DNA of 32,000 bases. It comes from an archaeon (GTDB lineage Archaea; Asgardarchaeota; Thorarchaeia; Thorarchaeales; Thorarchaeaceae). Below, piece by piece: positions 26,598 through 32,000 of the stretch. Every line of letters starts with the position of its first letter. Position 1 is the first letter of the stretch. The DNA is taken from contig JAJRZD010000031.1 of the NCBI GenBank assembly GCA_024275415.1, positions 1 through 32,000 on the forward strand, given 5' to 3'. The position numbers were made by a program, and so were the translations under genes. The notes beneath the pieces are model-generated. The model made no database searches. It was not told the origin of the DNA and saw nothing but the letters and a program-made list of their open reading frames with translations.

Positions 26598-27215
26598 ATG
26601 ACCGATATCACATTATGGAGCGAAACGAAAAAGGGTGGGAAAGTAGTTGAGCGTGTTGTGCCTGGGACCAGCACCATCAATCTTAGCGATAGACGCATCG
26701 CGACCACTGACCTTTCGCCACTAAAGGACTGTCCCAATCTGGAGGTACTGATTCTTTCAGGAAACGAGTTGCAGAGTATTGACCTCTCGCCCCTGTCCCA
26801 CTGTTCGAACTTGCTCGAACTATCACTTGGTAGCAACGAGATGGGATCCATAGACCTGACACCACTGGAGAACTGCAAGAACCTCATGCATCTTGACATC
26901 TCTTTCAACCGGTTAACGGAACTAGACCTCACGCCTCTTGCCTCATGCCCCGAGCTGAAAGCGCTTCATCTCTATCAGAACAAGCTCGGATCCATAGACC
27001 TCACGCCTCTCAAGAAGTGCAAGAAGCTTCGTAATATCACTCTAGAGAAGAACGAGTTCAAGAGTATCGACATCTCTGCTCTTTTCTCATGCCCCCGTCT
27101 TGTCAAGATTGGCTTCGATTCTGACACAATACTGACTGCAGCAGCGAAGAACAAAGAAAAGACAAAGCTGCCGATTGGTTTCAAACCTATCCGTTCTAGG
27201 ATAAAATGGACCTGA
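26598..27215 (+). CDS. Leucine-rich repeat protein (about six 24-aa repeats)
   Basis: LxxLxLxxNxLxxIDLxPLxxCxN units; DNA echo GGATCCATAGACCT at 26844 and 26988. Confidence 0.92.
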   Translation: MTDITLWSETKKGGKVVERVVPGTSTINLSDRRIATTDLSPLKDCPNLEVLILSGNELQSIDLSPLSHCSNLLELSLGSNEMGSIDLTPLENCKNLMHLDISFNRLTELDLTPLASCPELKALHLYQNKLGSIDLTPLKKCKKLRNITLEKNEFKSIDISALFSCPRLVKIGFDSDTILTAAAKNKEKTKLPIGFKPIRSRIKWT

Positions 27216-27237
27216 AATTCATGGATATAGAATCAAT

Positions 27238-27260
27238 GAAAGGGGAACATCTCCCCTTTC
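27238..27260. terminator. Perfect 9-bp hairpin between convergent LRR and rps19 genes
   Basis: GAAAGGGGA-ACATC-TCCCCTTTC. Confidence 0.6.
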
Positions 27261-27270
27261 TTGAATGATG

Positions 27271-27681
27271 TTATTTCAGTGGGACGTATGCAGAACTCTT
27301 TGTTGCGCCAATCCCCGGGTTGCCATGACTGACACGCCTAGTAGTTATTGAGAACTCGCCTAAGACATGACCGATCATCTGGGGAAGTATTTTGACCCGT
27401 TGAAAGTCTTTGCCATTATGGACTGCGATGGTAAGATCGACCATCTCAGGAAGAATGACCATATCACGACAATGAGTCCTGACCACAACATCCTTGCCTT
27501 TTCTCTGGGCTTTGCGGGCATTTCGCAACTTGACGAGGAGTTTCTTTTGTCTAGAAGGTAATCCTCTCTTGAGCGTTCTTCTTCTGCGTGTAGGTAGAAG
27601 TTCGATGAGCGAGTCCATATTCATCCTGACAAGCTCTGAGAGTGGAACTCCTCTGTACATTGGTTCGCCTTTCCGTGACAT
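27271..27681 (-). CDS. rps19: 30S ribosomal protein uS19 (archaeal S19P)
   Basis: YRG..L.EL, RTHCRDMVILPEMV, HNGK, IGHVLGEFSIT, HGNPGIGATKSSAYVPLK. Confidence 0.98.
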   Translation of the reverse strand: MSRKGEPMYRGVPLSELVRMNMDSLIELLPTRRRRTLKRGLPSRQKKLLVKLRNARKAQRKGKDVVVRTHCRDMVILPEMVDLTIAVHNGKDFQRVKILPQMIGHVLGEFSITTRRVSHGNPGIGATKSSAYVPLK

Positions 27682-27825
27682 GTTGTAATCACCTGATATG
27701 GTCAGACGGGGTCATAGCGCCGTCAAAAACTGCGATGAGTCAAGAGAATGTTGTTTTAAAGCTTATCATCTGGCTGACCCTTCCGCCAACTCCTGTTATG
27801 TCCCTGAAGCACCTTATAGCGCTTT

Positions 27826-28383
27826 TCAGAACATCCTAGGTTGTTTTTGGGGTCTGTCAATGGGATTACCTTTCTCGTCGAGCAATCCTGCCTTCTCCAT
27901 AGCATCCTTCACCCATGTCAGCGTACTCGCCACGGTAGGGTCACGGATTATTGCAAGTCTTGCAAGTTCGATAGACTCCTCATAGTTCTCCAGCTCGTAG
28001 TTTATCTCAGCTTTGTGAAGGATGGCAAGTGTGAAACGCTTCTCGATGGCAAGCACTCGGTCAAACAGCTCCAGTGCCTCTTCCGCTCTTCCGAGGTCTC
28101 GTAAGCAGACTGCCTTGTTGAACAGGGGGACGGGGTCTTTCGGATTCACTTCCGCAGCTCTATCCAGATACGAGATGGCCTTCTCGACTACCACAGGATT
28201 TTTCTCGCCATTGCCAAGTGATTGGATAATCGCTACACCCAATGTGGTAAGTGCATTTGTATGGTCTGGATGATTCTCGATTATCTCCTGAAGTTTCATC
28301 ATAGCCAAGTCTATGTCTCCATCTGCCAGTAATCGGGCAGCCTCATTGTATTCCTTGTTTTTTGAACGACCAAACAGTGGCAT
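27826..28383 (-). CDS. TPR-repeat protein
   Basis: ALTTLG, PLFNKAVCLRDLGRAEEALELFDRVL, AILHKA repeats. Confidence 0.88.
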   Translation of the reverse strand: MPLFGRSKNKEYNEAARLLADGDIDLAMMKLQEIIENHPDHTNALTTLGVAIIQSLGNGEKNPVVVEKAISYLDRAAEVNPKDPVPLFNKAVCLRDLGRAEEALELFDRVLAIEKRFTLAILHKAEINYELENYEESIELARLAIIRDPTVASTLTWVKDAMEKAGLLDEKGNPIDRPQKQPRMF

Positions 28384-28463
28384 TGCAGTTCAGGTTCCCA
28401 CGATGGCAGGACAACTCTTAAGTCCTGACCTAGCGCAGACTTTGTACTATCGGATGTGATGAC

Positions 28464-29822
28464 ATGGGCAGGCTGTTTGGGACGAACGGTGTACGCGGAA
28501 CGATTAACGATGAGCTAACAGTCGATATGATGCTTGACCTCGGCAGGGCGATTGGTTCCGTCCTAGGGCCCGGGAAGATAGCTATTTCAACCGACTCTAG
28601 GATGGGTGGCGAGATGTTCAAGCAGTCCGTTATCTCAGGACTACTATCGACCGGTTGTGATGTGGTCGACATTGGCCCATGTCCAACTCCTTGCCTTCAG
28701 TTCAACACCCGTGAGCTCGGATGCATCGGAGGTGTGATGATCACTGCATCACATAATCCCCCCGAATTCAATGGGATCAAGGTGATGGGCTCTGATGGCA
28801 TCGAGGTGACTCGTGAAGTAGAGTCCGTGATTGAGGATGTTTATTTCTCGCGCGAGTTCAAAGTGGCCCCTTGGGATGAGATTGGAACGCAATATTCCGA
28901 TGACCTTGCGATTCGCAGGTACATTGATGGCATCAAGAAACATGTGGATGTGGGCGCGATACGCAAGAAAGCCCCCAAGGTCGTAGTGGATGGTGCTAAT
29001 AGTGTGGGTGCATTGGCCACCCCACTCCTGCTTCGTGAACTCGGATGCAAAGTCATAACAATCAACTCGCAGATGGATGGTATGTTTCCCGGAAGGAATC
29101 CTGAACCTACTCCCGAAAACATCGTTGACCTGTCCAAGACTGTTATCTCTGTTGGTGCTGATATCGGCATTGCCCATGACGGTGATGCAGATCGTGCAAC
29201 ATTTGTCGATGAGAATGGTGCGATTCTTTGGGGCGACCAGTCCTTTGCCATCATTGCCCGTCACGTGCTTTGGAAGAAGCCTGATTCCACTCTGGTCACT
29301 CCCGTAAGCAGCGGTCGGCTTATTGAGGATATTGTCAAGGAATCAAATGCTCGGGTTGACTGGACAAAGGTTGGTAGCGTGATTGTATCACATCGCGTTG
29401 TGGAGATTGGTGCAGAGCTTGGTGGTGAAGAGAATGGTGGTGTGTTTTATCCTGATCATATTGCGGTACGCGATGGAGCTATGACTGCTGCACAGATGAT
29501 TGATATAATGGTTTCAAACAACTCCTCACTCTCCGGACTTGTGAAGAGCTTGCCCCAGTATTATAGTACAAAGACAAAAGTACCTGTCCCTCCCGATAAG
29601 AAGGACGCTCTCCTTGAAACCCTTCTTGAATTGACAAAGGATGAGAACCGGATAACGATGGATGGCGTCAAACTGACGTACGCTGAAGGTTGGATTCTTA
29701 TTCGTCCTTCGGGCACTGAGCCTCTCTGGAGATGTTTTGCCGAAGCGAAGACCCAAGAAATTGCCGATACCTTATGTGAACGGGGAGTGAACCTGATCCG
29801 AGATGCTGCTGCAAAGACCTAG
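28464..29822 (+). CDS. Alpha-D-phosphohexomutase (PMM/PGM or GlmM-type)
   Basis: LFGTNGVRG, phosphoserine loop TASHNP, metal loop DGDADR, sugar loop GEENGG, phosphate loop RPSGTEP. Confidence 0.95.
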   Translation: MGRLFGTNGVRGTINDELTVDMMLDLGRAIGSVLGPGKIAISTDSRMGGEMFKQSVISGLLSTGCDVVDIGPCPTPCLQFNTRELGCIGGVMITASHNPPEFNGIKVMGSDGIEVTREVESVIEDVYFSREFKVAPWDEIGTQYSDDLAIRRYIDGIKKHVDVGAIRKKAPKVVVDGANSVGALATPLLLRELGCKVITINSQMDGMFPGRNPEPTPENIVDLSKTVISVGADIGIAHDGDADRATFVDENGAILWGDQSFAIIARHVLWKKPDSTLVTPVSSGRLIEDIVKESNARVDWTKVGSVIVSHRVVEIGAELGGEENGGVFYPDHIAVRDGAMTAAQMIDIMVSNNSSLSGLVKSLPQYYSTKTKVPVPPDKKDALLETLLELTKDENRITMDGVKLTYAEGWILIRPSGTEPLWRCFAEAKTQEIADTLCERGVNLIRDAAAKT

Positions 29823-30118
29823 CTTGTTCTTCGAAGCCTCCTGATTTGTATCATCACATCCACTGCCATGATGAGAACGGGTATCAACACGATAAAGTTC
29901 AGATTTTCAATGATGACTAGCAAGTGAAGTCCTGTTGGGGTCCAGAGAAATGCAAGCATGCCAATGACCCATATGACCAACAGTGAGGTTGAGATACTCG
30001 CACATACATCGCTAAGATCTTTGTCCCGTATTCCTCTTTCTTTCACTAGTAGCCATGCGATGAGGATTATCCCTGTCCATGATGCTAATATTCCCAAGTA
30101 GTTGAATGCCTGCATCAA
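29819..30118 (-). CDS. Small 3-TM membrane protein of unknown function
   Basis: 99 aa with three hydrophobic helices; stop overlaps the phosphohexomutase stop. Confidence 0.65.
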   Translation of the reverse strand: MMQAFNYLGILASWTGIILIAWLLVKERGIRDKDLSDVCASISTSLLVIWVIGMLAFLWTPTGLHLLVIIENLNFIVLIPVLIMAVDVMIQIRRLRRTS

Positions 30119-30253
30119 GTGCTATCCCCGCACATCTCACTCGTTCATCAAGTATTCATTATGCATTCTATGAATATGAATCTTGGCAATCTCATCCGTC
30201 ACTTTTTCTAATTGATACGTGAGATGCTGTAGAATTAGTAAATGTTGGTAGAA

Positions 30254-30271
30254 GGGATCCTGCTGGATCCC
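30254..30271. terminator. Hairpin downstream of the DPM2-like gene
   Basis: GGGATCC-TGCT-GGATCCC. Confidence 0.4.
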
Positions 30272-30307
30272 TACCCCGGTTGAATGAGTTGTTGCTGAGA
30301 AGAGGAC

Positions 30308-30634
30308 TTACTGGGATTCTTCCTTCTCAACTTCCTTGTCCATATCCGAACTCTCGCTTTCGAAATCGAAATCTTCGAGTGGTTCAGGTGCTGGAGTTGT
30401 AAGCATAGTCCAACCAATCCACATGGCTATGACCATGATCAATACTGCAGCAAGCCAGACTGGCAGGATGACAAGCCATTTCCAATCGGGAGCGAACAGC
30501 CATTCCCAACCCTCTGGGGCGAGGCCGGCGAGATCTGGGAATATCTGGATTAAGAGCAGCCCCCATGTATAATAGATAAGCACGAGAAGCGCAAAGACGA
30601 ATATGAGCGCACCAATTATTTTTTCCTTGCCCAT
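30308..30634 (-). CDS. Two-TM membrane protein resembling DPM2 (Dol-P-Man synthase regulatory subunit), with acidic tail
   Basis: KIIGALIFVFALLVLIYYTW...LPV...WIGWTMLTTPAP; recalled resemblance to eukaryotic DPM2 (DQVVG...YYTAW...IP) and to the archaeal WIGYT-TTPPP family. Confidence 0.6.
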   Translation of the reverse strand: MGKEKIIGALIFVFALLVLIYYTWGLLLIQIFPDLAGLAPEGWEWLFAPDWKWLVILPVWLAAVLIMVIAMWIGWTMLTTPAPEPLEDFDFESESSDMDKEVEKEESQ

Positions 30635-30840
30635 TTTGCAAAACCTCTTTCAAATAGTGACAATTTTAGATAGTCACAACTGGTTTGTACTAGTACAGGT
30701 ATTCCCTGTCGTCTCAGATAAAAGGCTTGCGTAATACCTCGATTTCATTTCCCTGCGGTCATAGTAAAGGTATGGTATGAATTGATTTGTTTGATTCAAT
30801 CCTTAATACTGAGTAAATTACTTGAATCGAGTCCTCCTTT

Positions 30841-30864
30841 GACTTGTATCAGGTGATACAAGTC
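30841..30864. promoter_or_regulatory. Perfect 11-bp inverted repeat upstream of the ETF operon promoter
   Basis: GACTTGTATCA-GG-TGATACAAGTC, about 25 nt upstream of CTTATAAT. Confidence 0.55.
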
Positions 30865-30947
30865 GTAAAAGAGCTGCTTGCGTATTGCTTATAATGGGGG
30901 CATATCTGTTTCACGGAATAAATAGCAGCCAATTTGGTGGTGGATGT

Positions 30948-31745
30948 TTGAAGATTATCGTACCAGTCAAACAAGTTCCGGAGGTTGCCGAGGTAAAGGT
31001 CAACCCCGAAACAGGCACGCTGATCCGCGACGGTGTTCCCAGTATCCTGAACCCGTTCGATGAGCTTGCTGTTGAAGAGGCCATAAGAATCAAAGAGGCA
31101 CATGGCGGTGATGATAGTGAGGTCACCGTAATCACCATGGGCCCCCCTCAAGCAGTTGATGTCCTGTACAAAGCGATGGCAATGGGTGCTGACAAGGCCG
31201 TCCATATGACAGACCGCATTTTTGCAGGAGCCGACACTTGGGTTACCGCATTGACTCTTGCAGAACAGATACGGAAGATGGAGTTCGACCTCATTATTTG
31301 TGGAAAACAGGCAATCGATGGTGATACAGCACAGGTTGGCCCTGAGATTGCAGAGATCCTACGCATCCCTCAGATATGCTATGTCCGCAAGGTCGAGATA
31401 TCTGAGGATGGCAAGTTTGTGACAGCCCACAGGGAAACGGACGAGGGCTATGAGGTTGTCAAGGCAAAACTCCCAGTCCTGCTAACCGCAACCAAAGGAC
31501 TGAATGAGCCTCGCCTTCCTAATATCATGGGCATCATGAAAGCCAAGAAGAAGCCCCTCGAGGTCGTCGATGCAGAAAAGCTCGGAGTATCCGAAGACCG
31601 CCTCGGGTTGAAGGGCTCGCCCACTACTGTCAGGAAAGTGTTCCCACCTGAGCAGAGAGCAGGTGGTATTAAGATCGATGGCGAGAATCCCAAGGAAGCC
31701 GCAAGGCAACTGGTGGAATTCCTCGCAAAGAAGGGGGTAATCTGA
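30948..31745 (+). CDS. etfB: Electron transfer flavoprotein beta subunit
   Basis: KIIVPVKQVP, NPFDELAVEEA, MGAD, GKQAIDGDTAQVG, PRLP, GSPT. TTG start at 30948 after GGTGG. Confidence 0.95.
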   Translation: MKIIVPVKQVPEVAEVKVNPETGTLIRDGVPSILNPFDELAVEEAIRIKEAHGGDDSEVTVITMGPPQAVDVLYKAMAMGADKAVHMTDRIFAGADTWVTALTLAEQIRKMEFDLIICGKQAIDGDTAQVGPEIAEILRIPQICYVRKVEISEDGKFVTAHRETDEGYEVVKAKLPVLLTATKGLNEPRLPNIMGIMKAKKKPLEVVDAEKLGVSEDRLGLKGSPTTVRKVFPPEQRAGGIKIDGENPKEAARQLVEFLAKKGVI

Positions 31746-31746
31746 G

Positions 31747-32000
31747 ATGGGACTCATCTATGACAAGGACAAGTGTACTGGCTGCATGCTCTGTATTAAG
31801 GCCTGCAACTTCGCTGCCATCGAAAAGGATGGTGACAAGGTAAAGTTCGATTTTGACAAATGTGTCCTCTGCGGCTCTTGTGAGGAAGTCTGTCCTGCTG
31901 ACGCCATCTTGATCGAACGACAGACGGTCGATAAAGAGGCAATCGCCCAGTACAATGATGTCTGGGTCGTCACTGAGATCCATGATGGACGACTCCGGAG
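31747..32000 (+). CDS. etfA: ETF alpha subunit with N-terminal 2x[4Fe-4S] ferredoxin domain, 3'-truncated (absent from the ORF track)
   Basis: MGLIYDKDKCTGCMLCIKACNF...KCVLCGSCEEVCPADAI, then DVWVVTE...G.L, the start of an EtfA domain. Confidence 0.85.
   Translation, partial: MGLIYDKDKCTGCMLCIKACNFAAIEKDGDKVKFDFDKCVLCGSCEEVCPADAILIERQTVDKEAIAQYNDVWVVTEIHDGRLR

Noticed and set aside
30-31983. The many 60-180 aa antisense and alternate-frame ORFs in the track (e.g. 4598..5029, 4857..5387, 14938..15429, 19379..19894, 22650..23111, 28749..29264)
   Set aside because: They lie within well-supported genes, lack SDs or recognisable motifs, and read as shadow frames.
1-32000. CRISPR arrays, tRNA, rRNA, integrases, transposases
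   Set aside because: No regularly spaced repeats, cloverleaf with TPsiC/D arms, rRNA signature or recombinase motif was found. The only periodic DNA is the coding LRR repeat.

Overview
Archaeal chromosomal window, most likely from an Asgard archaeon of the Thorarchaeia type. This is inferred from two tandem profilin-fold genes, an archaeal uS19, a 24-aa IDLxPL-type LRR protein and GGTGA/AGGAGG Shine-Dalgarno usage. It carries about 35 conventional CDSs. These include a DUF4350-MoxR-DUF58/vWA-membrane protein operon, a DHH phosphoesterase, an OPT transporter, several HTH regulators, a Trm112-fused methyltransferase and an ABC-2 exporter. Also present are two MFS transporters, an M42 peptidase, a flavodoxin, TPR and LRR proteins, a stand-alone rps19, a phosphohexomutase, a DPM2-like membrane protein and the start of an ETF operon. 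No rRNA, tRNA, CRISPR array or transposase was found. The main unannotated signal is in the 530-bp gap at 11009-11538. It holds an operon of three micro-ORFs (30, 26 and 38 aa), each with its own SD, plus a TATA box and a hairpin/T-tract terminator. Two of the peptides share a C-terminal motif, and the operon is transcribed divergently from an ArsR-like regulator across a long inverted repeat. Two intergenic regions (8535-8618 and 13302-13423) also look like structured RNAs. All family assignments come from motif recognition by eye, not from database searches.
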